From positions 10,023,859-10,087,858 of the forward strand of contig NC_134036.1 in NCBI RefSeq assembly GCF_964204645.1: a DNA stretch of 64,000 nt, given 5' to 3'. Shown in pieces: positions 1 through 11,456 of the stretch. Below the pieces are notes generated by a model, which searched no databases, was not told where the DNA came from, and saw only the letters and a program-made list of their open reading frames with translations. Source of the stretch: Tubulanus polymorphus (taxonomy: Eukaryota > Animalia > Nemertea). Numbering within the stretch: position 1 is the first letter of the stretch; each line of letters opens with the position of its first letter. Position numbers and translations under genes: made by a program.

Positions 1-422
1 AATTCTTTTAATAATTTATCTTGTTCTTCAACTGTTATATGGCCATTTAAACTTATTATATAATCTAGTGTGTTCTTTAATTTATTAATTTCTTTTATAT
101 TAGTTTTAATTTTTTCTTTATTACTTTTTATATTTAATTTTGAACTTATACCAGTTAAAACACTTGAGCTTAATCCTAATACGCCAATTGATATAGCTAA
201 AAGTGTTAATGGGCTGAATATTGCTAAAAATGTTATTACAGAACTAATTGTAACCGAACCACTTATAGTCAAATAATATATAATTTTACTTTTTAAATAT
301 TTTTTCTTTTTTATCTTTAAGTCATTTTCAAATTCTAATATTTGTTTTTCTAAATATGTTTTTAATTTAGTTTTATTTATATCATGAGTAATAATATCAA
401 TATTATCAACTTTATCTTCCAT
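1..422 (-). CDS. Polinton small membrane protein, open to the window edge
   Basis: Hand translation MEDKVDNIDII...IIYIILTISGSVTISSVITFLAIFSPLTLLAISIGVLGLSSSVLTGIS... has two hydrophobic segments and no stop before base 1. Preceded by T8-CTAAA-TAAATG. Not in the ORF track. Confidence 0.7.
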   Translation of the reverse strand, partial: MEDKVDNIDIITHDINKTKLKTYLEKQILEFENDLKIKKKKYLKSKIIYYLTISGSVTISSVITFLAIFSPLTLLAISIGVLGLSSSVLTGISSKLNIKSNKEKIKTNIKEINKLKNTLDYIISLNGHITVEEQDKLLKE

Positions 423-441
423 TTATTTAGAAAAAAAATTA

Positions 442-864
442 CTAATTAGTAAATTTATATGCTACAAATATAGCAATCACTGTTCCACCTAAAATCCATA
501 TTATTTCATATTTCTGTTGTTCTTTACTTGGGGTATAATAATCTGATAATTTAGGTTTGTATAGATGTAATTTTTCTTTATTGGTTACTGCGTTATATAT
601 ACTCATTGCATCATCAACTGATAGAAAATCGCTATGTGAAATATTCTGATCAATTAATTCTTTATTGATGTTATCCATATAGTTTTGTCTCTTTTCTCTA
701 TATTCTTCTGCAGCTTTATCATATTTCTCTAATGCTAAGTTATGTCTTTTTTGTTCTGTTAATGATCCATTTTTATCAATATGTTTAAATAAATAACCAC
801 CACCAGCAAATGCAAAAGCGTTGACAATTGCCGATCCTATAATAGTTATAATTGCAGAAGCCAT
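442..864 (-). CDS. Polinton-associated small protein (N-terminal hydrophobic segment, KRHNLALE coil, C-terminal TM)
   Basis: 140-aa ORF with a TAAATG start context; resembles small proteins of invertebrate Polintons. Confidence 0.65.
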   Translation of the reverse strand: MASAIITIIGSAIVNAFAFAGGGYLFKHIDKNGSLTEQKRHNLALEKYDKAAEEYREKRQNYMDNINKELIDQNISHSDFLSVDDAMSIYNAVTNKEKLHLYKPKLSDYYTPSKEQQKYEIIWILGGTVIAIFVAYKFTN

Positions 865-888
865 TTATTTAGCAAAAAAATTATGCAT

Positions 889-1099
889 TTATATGGGAGG
901 AATATATTTTTGTTTTTCCAAATAATCAATAGGTAAATTAGATAAAGTAACTGCTAACGTTATTTTTAAAATATCATTTATATCAAATCTATCAACATTA
1001 ACACTTCCCATTTTAAATACTTTTTTTGATACCAGTGAATAACCAACAGTTCCAACTGATAGTAATGCGCCATTATATAATCCAGTTATTATCACTCAT
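889..1099 (-). pseudogene. Polinton small hydrophobic protein (ends DYLEKQKYIP), frameshifted near the start
   Basis: The TAAATG-context ATG at 1099 is one base out of frame with ORF 889-1095. Confidence 0.5.
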
Positions 1100-1456
1100 T
1101 TATTTATCAAAAAAATTACTATCATCAAAATATTTAGTTAACTTATTTATGATTATTTCAACATTTATTTCATTACTAGTTTCATTTGTATATATTTCAA
1201 TTATTATTTTTTTAATATCATCGATGATAAAATCTTCATCTTATTCATAAAATCTTAAAGATTCTCTTATTAAATTAGTAATCTTTTTTACATTTAAAGT
1301 TTCTTTATCTATTGTTGTTTCATACTCGAATGTTGTTTCATTAGAAAATGCAATATTTTTGATACGTGTGATTATATCATTAACGTTAAATTTCATTTCT
1401 TTCTCACGTTTGAAATCAAACCCAAAACATATACTCGGTCCAACAGTTATATTCAT
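1100..1456 (-). pseudogene. Polinton hypothetical protein with an internal stop
   Basis: ORF 1241-1456 continues in frame past the TAA (DEDFIIDDIKK...NFFDK*) to 1100. Confidence 0.5.
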
Positions 1457-1472
1457 TTATATAATGAAAAAA

Positions 1473-2262
1473 TTACTCTTTACATCTTATAATTAATTCA
1501 TATATCACAGGAAAGTTATTCAAATCAATTAAATAACCATTATGATTTCTTATTTCTAATTTAAAATTATTAAATTTAGGAATGCAAGGTTTAAAATCAC
1601 ATTCAGCTAAATTATAATTTATTTGCGTTCCAAATTGTTTAACATTCTTTAATGGTAAAATGTTTAATATACTAGAATTACAAGTTATATCTTTAGTTGC
1701 TTCAAATTTTTTTGTTGGGTCAATTAAATTGCAATAAATATAAAAATGTGTAAAAGGTATTAAGCTTGATCTACCGTATATGTTTTCTCTAATATCTTTA
1801 TCTGGAGGAATTCCTAACAGTTTAGCTATAGGTTTTTTTCACCATGTAAAGATATCTTTCTATTGTATGTTGATAAAGTTTAAAATAATCATTATCAAAC
1901 TTTATTTTAATTTTATTAGAGCTCTCACTTTTTATGAATTTAATATTAAATTTAGAATCACTACCTAATCTAATGCGAGCTTTTCTATTAATTTCTTGCT
2001 CTAATGTTTCTATATTATATAATCCTGGTGTAAGCATGAGTTGAAAATTTTTTCTTTTATTCTTATCAAAAATAAAAAGGCTTCTATGTTCATCAGTTTT
2101 ATCTGATATATAGTAAAAAGAGTTACATAAACTTATATTAACTAATTTTAAATCTACACAATTCTTAAATTCTCTATCAAATTGAACTAATAAATTATGT
2201 GATTTATAATTTGTAAGTCTTCTTGAATCAACAAATATTCTGTATTCTTTTAATTCTACCAT
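1473..2262 (-). pseudogene. Minor capsid (penton-like) protein, frameshifted
   Basis: N-terminal IFVDSR...LKLVNISLCNSFY...PGLYNIETLEQEIN. C-terminal frame IYCNLI...ILNILP...LEIRNHNGYLIDLNN...ELIIRCKE*. Both match the Polinton penton pattern. Confidence 0.65.
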
Positions 2263-2330
2263 TATTTATAACATAAAAAAATTACCGCTCATCACTAAAA
2301 ATTAATTTCAATAAAATTTTTCCTTAATAA

Positions 2331-3650
2331 ATGGATGAGAAGATAGCATGTGAAATTTGTGGTGAACTTCTAAGAAAAAGTGATATGGCTCGACATATGA
2401 AAAAACATGATGAAAATTATAAACCCCCTAAACTAAACTGTCCAAGATGTAATAAATTATTCTCAAGAAATCATGTTAAAAAACATTCAGAGAAGTGTAA
2501 AATTAATGGCGCAACGGCTAATGTTGATAGTAACGAAAGTAATAGTAATTCTGTTGAAGTAGAACCTGAAGTTATTTGGAAAACACCTTTCTTATTCTAT
2601 GACAAGGATAATATAAAAGATCATTTCTGTGAGCCTTGTCGAATAAAATATAGCCCTGAAAATATAGAAGATTGGGAGAATCATCAATTTCGTAAAGCAC
2701 ATATAGATAAAATTTCTAATAAATTTGAAACTGAATTCAATGAAAGAAAAAATAATTTATTAGAAAAAATAAAATATGAGAAAACGTTACCAGATAATAA
2801 AGAAACAGTTGAAAAGTTAGAAAAACAATATAATGAATTAACAAGAAAAACATATTATTGTAAATATTGTAAATTGATTATTACAACAAGTAATTCAAAT
2901 CTACATAATAGAACAATAAAACATAAAGAAAACGTAAGAAAATACGAAGAGCTTAATGAAGATCTATTACCAATAAATTATAAACGAAAATGTCCACAAT
3001 GTAGTTATGCAACCTTAAGACAAGAAGGTACTGTGTTATTTTGTAATGAATGTGGATGGCAAAAGAATTTATGGAGTGAAGAAAAAACTAGAAATTTTCT
3101 CATAGATCCAAAAATAAATTATCTAGATGAAATTGAAAATGAAACATTTTCTATAGAAGATCATACACCAGAATATATGCAATGGCTTGAAAAAATAAAA
3201 ATAATAGAAAATAGAAATGGTGAAATAACTAAAAAAGATATTATAAAAACAATTATTCCGTCAACATTTAACACAAAACATAAGAAAATGTATTTATATT
3301 TATTATTTAACGATTATTATGAAAAACCTAAATTAACAGAAGAAGATATGGAAAATATAAAAAAAACATTCAAACAAATATTAATGTATCATTTGGAAAA
3401 TAGAATAACAGATTCAATTAATTATGAATTCTTTTTAAATAAGATTGTAAATTATTTAAACATAGATATTATAATTCCATTTGATGAATTAACAAACAAA
3501 AAGAAACAAAGAGAGCGAGATGAAATGTGGAACAAGATAGAACTTTATTTGAATGAGAAAAATGGAATGGAAGAAGAACCTGAACAATTAAATGAAAATG
3601 AAGAAGCCAATAGTGATTTCGATTATGATGATATTGATTTTATGTTTTAA
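2331..3650 (+). CDS. Zinc-finger protein with a poxvirus late transcription factor VLTF3-like C-terminal domain
   Basis: C2H2-like fingers and a CPQC...FCNECG ribbon, then H..EY.QWL, PKLTEE, SINYEFFLNKI and RDEMWNKI, which follow the VLTF3 motif order. Confidence 0.7.
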   Translation: MDEKIACEICGELLRKSDMARHMKKHDENYKPPKLNCPRCNKLFSRNHVKKHSEKCKINGATANVDSNESNSNSVEVEPEVIWKTPFLFYDKDNIKDHFCEPCRIKYSPENIEDWENHQFRKAHIDKISNKFETEFNERKNNLLEKIKYEKTLPDNKETVEKLEKQYNELTRKTYYCKYCKLIITTSNSNLHNRTIKHKENVRKYEELNEDLLPINYKRKCPQCSYATLRQEGTVLFCNECGWQKNLWSEEKTRNFLIDPKINYLDEIENETFSIEDHTPEYMQWLEKIKIIENRNGEITKKDIIKTIIPSTFNTKHKKMYLYLLFNDYYEKPKLTEEDMENIKKTFKQILMYHLENRITDSINYEFFLNKIVNYLNIDIIIPFDELTNKKKQRERDEMWNKIELYLNEKNGMEEEPEQLNENEEANSDFDYDDIDFMF

Positions 3651-5166
3651 TAACCATAAGGTAATGTTTTTATACCATCATCTAAAATATGCCTTTTATC
3701 ATCAAATGGACTTAAACTAGTTTTTTTCAACTTCATTAATGTACATCTCGTGATCTTCTGATCTTAAACAATTCATTTTGTGTTTCATTACAATTGATTT
3801 ATATAAACACTTTATATAATCTTGAAATTCTATATGTTTATCAACCACATGTTTTGTTATTCCTTTTAACTTTTTAGCTTCATGATCTTTTGTTCTGTAA
3901 CTATACATTTTACTTCTTATCCCAACAAATTCAATCATTTCATCGCCCCCTAATTCATCTTTAAACTTACCAGGAATCTTTTTATTATCATTGCTAAATA
4001 GTTCATGATCTTTGGGATAATTGCTAAAATCAAAATGATGTTTTAATGTTTTTAAGTCTTTTGTTATGTCATTTGTCTTGATTTTTAGTATGTAACTGTC
4101 GGTATTTTTTTTGGATTAATGGGAACCCAGAATTGAATGTTCCATCATATGTTGATAAATCATAAACATAGTCAGTTGGGTTATATATTTCAAATGAATC
4201 TTTAACTTCTTCTGTTAATTCTTTTTCTACATGCCTCAAATTAAAACAATTTGGTTTAGATTTAATCAACCCAATATTCATATTGAAGCCTAATGAATTA
4301 CATAATATATTCAATCCTGATATAGCAACTTTTCCTTTCTGTGCAAAGGTTATCTTTTTATCCTTTGTAAATTTTTGAGTGCCATCTGCGGCATAGAATC
4401 CAATGAAGAACCATTTTCTTAAATTATTTTTTGCATTTAATACATAATCTGGTACTATCTTTTCTTTAGTTGAAGTATTACTTTTCACTATTGCATGAAT
4501 ATAGAATTCATCAATATATTTTATAGCAAAATCTTTAGGATTATTTACAAGTACTCAATAAACTGCTGATGATTTCATAACATCCATGATTTTAAATGTT
4601 TTATTTGGATAAACTTCTTCACAGAATTTCTTAATTCTTTCTAATAATTTTAAGTCTTGATTGCATAAATACCAACAATATTTATTAACCCAAACATAAT
4701 TATACACACCTGCTGAACCATCACCCATGAAAAATCCTTTGATAACACATTCTTTTTCTTCTAATGTTTCGGGTTCTATGTTATAAATATTATCAATAAT
4801 TTCATCAAATGACATATGATTCATTCTTTGGAAAAATCTTTTATGTAATAATTCATCTCCAATTTTTATATCAGTTGGTTTTATTTCATCACCATTTCGT
4901 TTAATTAAACTATGATCTTCTGTAACATCTACAAATCCTAATTTAGTTCTAACTCTATAGATTCTAATAATATTCTTAAATTTTTTCCATCCATTTCTTG
5001 TCCAAACATCCATTAATCCATTTATTTGTATTAATTCTTTTTCACCATATGAAATATAACATTCATTTTGTTTTGGAATTAGTTCTGAAATTCTTCTTAC
5101 CAATATTTTATTATTACATTTTAATAATTTTGGGGTGTCAGCTGTTACAGAATCAAAATATAATAT
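3647..5166 (-). pseudogene. pPolB C-terminal segment (motif C, with intein)
   Basis: ILYFD|intein|TDSYIL...FDFSNYPKDH...GKFKDE...FVGIRSKMYS...KLKGI...SLSPFDDKR...TLPYGY*, with frameshifts. Its stop overlaps the stop of the convergent VLTF3-like gene. Confidence 0.9.
4104..5151 (-). other. Intein with a LAGLIDADG homing endonuclease, inserted in pPolB YFD|TDS
   Basis: Block A SVTADTP, block B VDVTEDHSL, LAGLIDADG-like GFFMGDG and GFYAADG, block F YVYDLST, and C-terminal QKN followed by extein Thr. One in-frame TGA (4555-4557) and one extra A in the 4105-4112 homopolymer. Confidence 0.9.
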
Positions 5167-5986
5167 TTAGGGTTTTCTGTTTCTTCACAGAAAACCCTAT
5201 TGAAATTCGCGTGATTATTATTATTTTTTTCCCTTTTCCACATAGTTTTTGTTAAAAGTGTAAAGGCTTCCTTACCTTACCGCAGTCGCCGATACAATCC
5301 GCATGATGTCCTTCAGCTCACTTCAATCTCCAGATACTGCATGGGAATTTTGATAAATCCACGTTATAAAGGCACTGTCGAGCCGTAAACATCGGAAATT
5401 TGGCTCCGTTCAATTAGTAGCCATGTTGTGTTTTCTTACCGATATTTCTCTCTTCTTTTCGAGGAAGAGCTATCGAATAATTCCCTCTCTTCTCCACAAT
5501 CAATTTCAAAGTCAATTTTATGAATTTATTGCTCAGCGGGTCCGAGTCTAAGAATTTACGAGTCCGGCGTTCGCGCGTCTGACAGGTTTACGGGCATTTG
5601 TTTGTTACCACTTTAATATTTTTGATTTCTTGTTATTCCGGTTATTTCATTTAAGTATATTGCTGATCAGTTCATGTAACCAAAAGCGTCAATAAATAGA
5701 TTTTGAATTGATCAATTTTAAATCAAGGTCGTTGAGTCGCGGAGGGCTGCTAGAATTACGTTCGTCTCAGAGAGAAAACAAACGACAGAAAAGTATCAGG
5801 TGATTATCGATAGCCTACTACGGTACACACAGTTGACAAACAGTGTTAGGCCTGTGCCGGTTGGTGCGTACTGGGAATAAATATACTGGTTAGTCAGTTG
5901 GTTCGGTTGTGAAGTGTGGAAGCTAAGAAAGCCTACCGCAGTACCGGTATTAATTTGTCTATAGGCCTGTTACCAGTAAGTACGTA

Positions 5987-6356
5987 GTTGTTACTCGTAT
6001 GTGACTGTATGGTGATCTCCACAGGTTAATCGTACGTGAGTTCCCTACTAACGCCGTACGCGAGTTCCTAGTAGCCAATACCATTTTTTAAGTACGAAGT
6101 TGTTACCCGTAGGCCCTATGTGCCAGTGACTGTACGGTGATATCCACAGGTTAACCGTACGTGAGTTCCATAAAAAGGCCGTTAGTGAGTTCCTATAATC
6201 TGCAAACGTGCATGCGTGAAAGAATAGAGTTTGGGTTAGGTGAGGCTAGGCTATTTGTAAATCAAATTTTATCCACCCTGCAGTTACGTTCTGTGGCACA
6301 GTGGGTAAATCACTGGACCTGTAGAAATCACCGTACAGTCACGTACAGGTAACAAC
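5987..6356. mobile_element. Small TIR element (MITE) nested in the HINE
   Basis: About 40-bp imperfect inverted repeat GTTGTTACyyGTAyGTGACTGTAyGGTGAT at both ends, with the left end duplicated near 6098. Confidence 0.5.
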
Positions 6357-6561
6357 AGCGTTTTAAGTACCGGGTATTAAGTGAGTACGACAAGCCTACC
6401 ATGCCTATGTACTACAAACACAACTTTTTCCCTCTCGTCGGCCCTACAGTGATGTTACTATAACTGGTGCAGTTATAACATGGATAGGATTTGGCCAGGA
6501 CTAGCCTAAAGTCTAATTCAGTCTATGTACTAATTCACTCGATAGGCCTATTTTTAAAACA

Positions 6562-6730
6562 GGGGTCATTCATTTATTACGTACGCATAAAATTTGATTA
6601 TTTCAACCCCCTCTCCCTCTGTACGCAAAATCGGCCATTTTTTCATGTACATTAAGCATCATAGTACGTAATTGCCCTGACCCCTCCCCCTCCCCATCCC
6701 CTAATGCGTACGTAATAAATGAATGATCCC
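6562..6730. mobile_element. PIF/Harbinger-type MITE
   Basis: 27-bp TIR GGGrTCATTCATTTATTACGTACGCAT (1 mismatch); 3-bp TSD ACA at 6559-6561 and 6731-6733. Confidence 0.8.
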
Positions 6731-8165
6731 ACAATACAGTGAAGTATTCACACGCAGAAAGGCTAATTGATTTGAGCCATGTGATTAAATTTGGCCAGGC
6801 CTTCTCTGACCTGCTGACATTAATAGTCAATGTGGTCACGGCTTGTATACCAGAAATAATTGTAGGCCTGTACATTTTGCTGTTCGTAGGTTTGGTATAC
6901 CGATTTCTCCATTCTTGACTGATAAGTGTACAGTATAGCGTACGCATTATAAAATTGTTCCAATGGGAATAGGGCCTATTGATTGGGCTTATTATTTCCT
7001 GCTTTAGAATACTGAAATAAGCCCAACGTTCATTCAAATATCCAACATCGGTGAAAGTTTGATTACTGTATACATGTACTGTAGGTTTTCATGTTGTATG
7101 AATATTTTGCAGTTCAAATGGGTATGATGCTGATTCCAATGTCGAATGCATGCAGTTAGATGGTCAAGGACAGTCAACACCAAGATATCTCTCTTCGACC
7201 GATGTTGCACCATAGAAGATCTGATTCTTTCAACTCAAGGAAAGTGATTCAACACGATCGACATAACACTGGAATAGGTTTGCAGTAACTAACAGTTCAT
7301 TTCATTTAGTCCTATGTACTTTTTAGCCAATTTGGATTTGATTGTAATTGAAACACTGGAACAAAAGACAAGTTGAAAAAACACAAGTTATGCTTGATTC
7401 TCATGTCCAAATTTAATTCAAATTCAAATTTATTTTATTACACCATATTTACAAAGCATATCATTGGTTCATACAATAATAAAAATTAGGACAGAACAAA
7501 TATTATTACAGAATTTCCAAAAAGGCAATGAATTTCTATAACTAAATGAACATTATTTTTCTAATAACTCAGATCAAGAGTGACTTTCCCGTTTATTAGG
7601 AAACACACCCAACTAGTGAAATAGGTTTGATTTAAACATATGTTGCAGGTATCAATTGTTTATCACTATAATATTTTTAATCCATAAAAGCCAAAATCAA
7701 CATCAGCAGGAAACCAAGACCAGATCAATTCATACTTTATTGATTGAATCTACACTACAATATATGTATTTATTCAAATATTTCAATAAAAACATTAACT
7801 TCTTAAATCTATTCTAAATCATAATACGTTCTTATCTGTAAATTCACTCAATCTATCGACTCAGCAGGCGCTTAAGATGAGTTCTTAATAGGACAGATCC
7901 ATTTTTAAGCATGGTGATAATACAGTATCATGATGTTTGAATGCCAAAATAAATGCCTGGTCAAATAAATTAATATTTGTTGATTGTACGTCCGCGTATG
8001 TTCGGTTTCAAAGCTGATCATATTTGACGTTTACACAGTGGTAGCATATTAGGTTCGAATCTGTCAATGCATTTTATTCTATGTATCGATATTTCAATCT
8101 ACTACAATTCCCATCTTCCTGAATGGCTTTGCAGAAAACCCGTCATCGCTGCTTCGCAGCTATAT

Positions 8166-9712
8166 TTCAATATGCTTTTCCCCAAAAAGTGGTTGTAAAA
8201 CATTATAATAAAAATCATACATTAATAATTTTGATATTTCTAAAACAGTTGAACCTATAAATATTGGTTTATTAAATTTCATTGAAGTTTTTTTAATTTA
8301 ACTGCTGTTAAATAATCTTCAAATCTTTTATTTCCTAAATGTCAAGGACTTGATTGTAAATGTCTTAATCTTTCAGAATTATTTACTAATTCAATATCAT
8401 TTCTATTTCTAATATTTTCACATGTTTTACCATAAAAACTATTATTCATTAATTTGAAGAAATCTTTTTCAAAATCTGTTTTTGATATGGTTCTCTGTTG
8501 AGTATTAAAATCTATATATTTTTCTAACCACTTCGATTGATTAAATTCAATATATCTATGTACTTTCTTTAATTTCATTCCTTGTTTTAGATAAAATTTT
8601 AACATTCTATAATGAACAATATAATTGTATTTATTATTTTGAGTAAGTATTAATTTTTCTGTAAAAACATGATCTTTCGGTTTTATTTTCTTCTGGTATT
8701 CACTTAAATAACTATCATCTACAGTTAAATGTTCTGGGCAATAAGGTAAGTTTCTTGTTTTAAACTTTATATTATCAGGATATTCTAAATCAACTACAAA
8801 GAAATAACCAATTGGTGCTTCATCTTCTAAACTCATAATTGCGCTTTCCCAATTAGTTTTATCACCATTTTCAACTTCTGTTAATATAAAATTTTTATAT
8901 GGTTGAGGTTGCATCATTGCCCAACCATATAAGTTATTGGCGTCAATATATAATAATTTATATTCATCATTTGCTTTAAAATATCTCCCATAACACCACT
9001 AATTCCACCTCTAATTGATTTTTCAAATAATAAAACCATATCTGGTTCTTTTAATAAATCTAATTCTACATTTGTATATTTTAAACCACATTGCCAGGTT
9101 AAACCAGGACTAGAGTAGCAATAACAAGGATCAACATTAAAATGATTCAAATTAACTTCTCTAAATTTTTCAAATATGTCAGCCAATATCATAACATTTG
9201 ACTTTAAATATAAATCAACTAATTCACCATGATTTTTCATCTTAAAATGGTTCCAAATATTTAATGTTCTCTTAAACACTCCGTCTTTCACATACTCCTC
9301 TTTTAATTGATCATAAAATTGATCTTTTAATAATTCTGTTACATTAAAATCATTGTGTGTTTTATAAAATGAATAAGGAATTGCACCTTTATATCTCAAT
9401 AATTTAAAATCTTGGTCATTTGGATAATAATATCGAGTTATTATAAAATCATTATCAACTAAACTTTTTGATAAATTATCTAATGAACTTGCTAGAAATC
9501 TATAAGAATCTAAAAATCTAATGCAACCAAATTGAAATGAAATATAATTTTCAGAGGTTTTAGCTAATAGTTTAAAATCATATTTTCTTACATTTACACC
9601 ATTCATAGCATTATATTCTTCTATTTCTTGATTAATTGTACCAAATTTCTTTGATAATTGTTTTATAAATAGATGGGTATCATAGCCTGATAAATTATGA
9701 AATAATATTGGT
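8166..9712 (-). pseudogene. pPolB middle segment (exonuclease and palm)
   Basis: HNLSGYD, RFLDSYRF, YKGAIPY, IRGGIS, DANNLYG, FFKLMNNSFYGKT and NKPIFIG motifs across frameshifts. Confidence 0.92.
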
Positions 9713-10856
9713 CACGTACGTACAGACAATACGAATCTTGCCAACTTTAATTATTGATCGTATTAATCCATATCGCGCACTGAGCTTCGCGCCATTTTGT
9801 GCTAATGCTGTGAGATATAGACTTGGAGTGACTCGGGAGTGCTCCGAATACATCGTCAGTAAATGTGGGATTCGAACCTAATATGATTAGATTTTTAGTA
9901 AACATCCGCCACTAGTTCGTAGAATTTTCGGAATTTCTATTAACATTCTCGTTTTTTGTCAATCCTGAATTTCGTAACCCGGAAATTTTCGACATTTTCC
10001 GCTACAAATGTGCGATTTCTATCCATACAATAGGCCTAACTTAAAAAAACAAAATGTGACGAACTAGATATTAGTATGTAGTTTATATAACTATGTAATT
10101 TTATGGGTCTCTGTCATTGTATAATGTCAAAAAAGTGACACTCGTCTGTAAATTTGCACAATTATTAAAAATTTTTTTGGCGCCCATAATAATCGTTTTA
10201 CGTTTCGTCTTTTTACATTGCACATAGTCACTAAACTGCTTATTTCTACTGTTAAGTTTTTTAAACAGTTGATTGAGATCAATTAGATTTCATTCTATTC
10301 AAGTGAAATTGTGACCTTGTTAAAAAAGAAGTGAAAATTAAGATGGTATTCAAAATCAAGCAAAATTAAATTTTATTCGACAGAGTTATGTTTAACGCAG
10401 GAGCTTTTATGTGTTAATAGTGATATGTCTTCAACTTCAAAACAATTCATTCTCATAGACAGCAAAAATGACACTTAAATAGGCCTAAACTAGAAATTGT
10501 TGCAGTCTAGGTGGGCGAGTGATAGGCCTCTATCGTCTACTATAGTTTCTCGAGCCTTGGCGCTTATCAAGTCTGTCTATTTCATATAGTATAAGCCTTT
10601 TACGGCTTTTCGACCTTGTAAAATTACCAAATCAAATACATGTAGTTTGATTAATGTATAGGCCTAGGTCCTGCATTTGAGGTCTCTCGGGCCTCCAAAT
10701 GGTAATAACTATTGGTACATTTTTTGTAATTGTAGATGTATTTGTCATAGTCGGAATAGATTTGTCATTCAACATAGTCGGGTTCGTCATAAAGGATTGA
10801 GCAGAGTCGTAATCGATGAAGGGATTCAGTAATCGTTGAACACAGGGGTAAGTTTC

Positions 10857-11456
10857 GGAGTCGTAATCGTTTAACGGAGTCGCAATCGTTAAACGGAGTC
10901 GTAGTCGCTGAACGGAAGCGTAATCATTGAACGGAGTCGTAGTCGCTGAACGGAAGCGTAATCATTGAACGGAGTCGTAGTCGCTGAACGGAAGCGTAAT
11001 CGTTGAACGGTGTCGTAGTCGCTGAATGGAGTCGTAATCGTTTAACGGAGTCGCAATCGTTAAACGGAGTCGTAATTGTTAAACGAATCGTACTCGTTAA
11101 ACGAGTCGTAGTCGCTGAATGGAGTCGTTATCGTTTAACGGAGTCGCAATCGTTAAATGGAGTCGTAGTCGCTGAATGGAAGCGTAATCGTTGAACGGAG
11201 TCGTAGTCGCTGAATGGAGTCGTAATCGTTGAACGGAGTCGTAGTCGCTGAACGGAGTTGTAGTCGCTGAACGGAGTCGTAATCGCTGAACGGAGTCGTA
11301 ATCGTTGAACGGAGTCGTAATCGTTGAACGGAGTCGTAGTCGCTGAACGGAGTCATAATCGTTGAACGGAGTCGTAGTCGCTGAACGGAGTCGTAATCGT
11401 TGAACGGAGTCGTAATCGTTTACGAAGTTGTAATCGTCAAACCTAGTCGTAATCAT
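10857..11456. repeat. 19-bp CpG-rich minisatellite (CGGAGTCGTAaTCGtTGAA), about 30 units
   Basis: Tandem units with alternating variants, flanked by the direct repeat GAAGGGATTCAGTAAT.GTTGAACACAGGGGTAAGT. Confidence 0.9.

Larger units (their letters stand above)
5167..8165 (+). mobile_element. Non-autonomous Helentron/DINE-1-like element (HINE)
   Basis: AGGGTTTTCTG (5169-5179) has inverted copies CAGAAAACCC at 5188 and 8132. (TTA)n tract near the 5' end and a 3' hairpin GCTGC-TTC-GCAGC (8148-8160). Inserted in a T-run without a TSD; removing it restores pPolB KHIEILYFD. Confidence 0.8.

Noticed and set aside
70-276. Plus-strand ORFs 70-276, 1026-1250, 1780-1968 and 4998-5255, and the antisense ORFs within transposases and the GPCR
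   Set aside because: Shadow ORFs opposite real genes
9713-9760. RSS-like heptamer/nonamer in the transposon ends (ProtoRAG)
   Set aside because: Only CAC is shared with CACAGTG; there is no nonamer and no RAG2-like kelch ORF
10857-11456. CRISPR-like array, and ORFs 11003-11456
   Set aside because: Contiguous 19-bp units with no unique spacers and no cas genes; the ORFs are artefacts of the repeat
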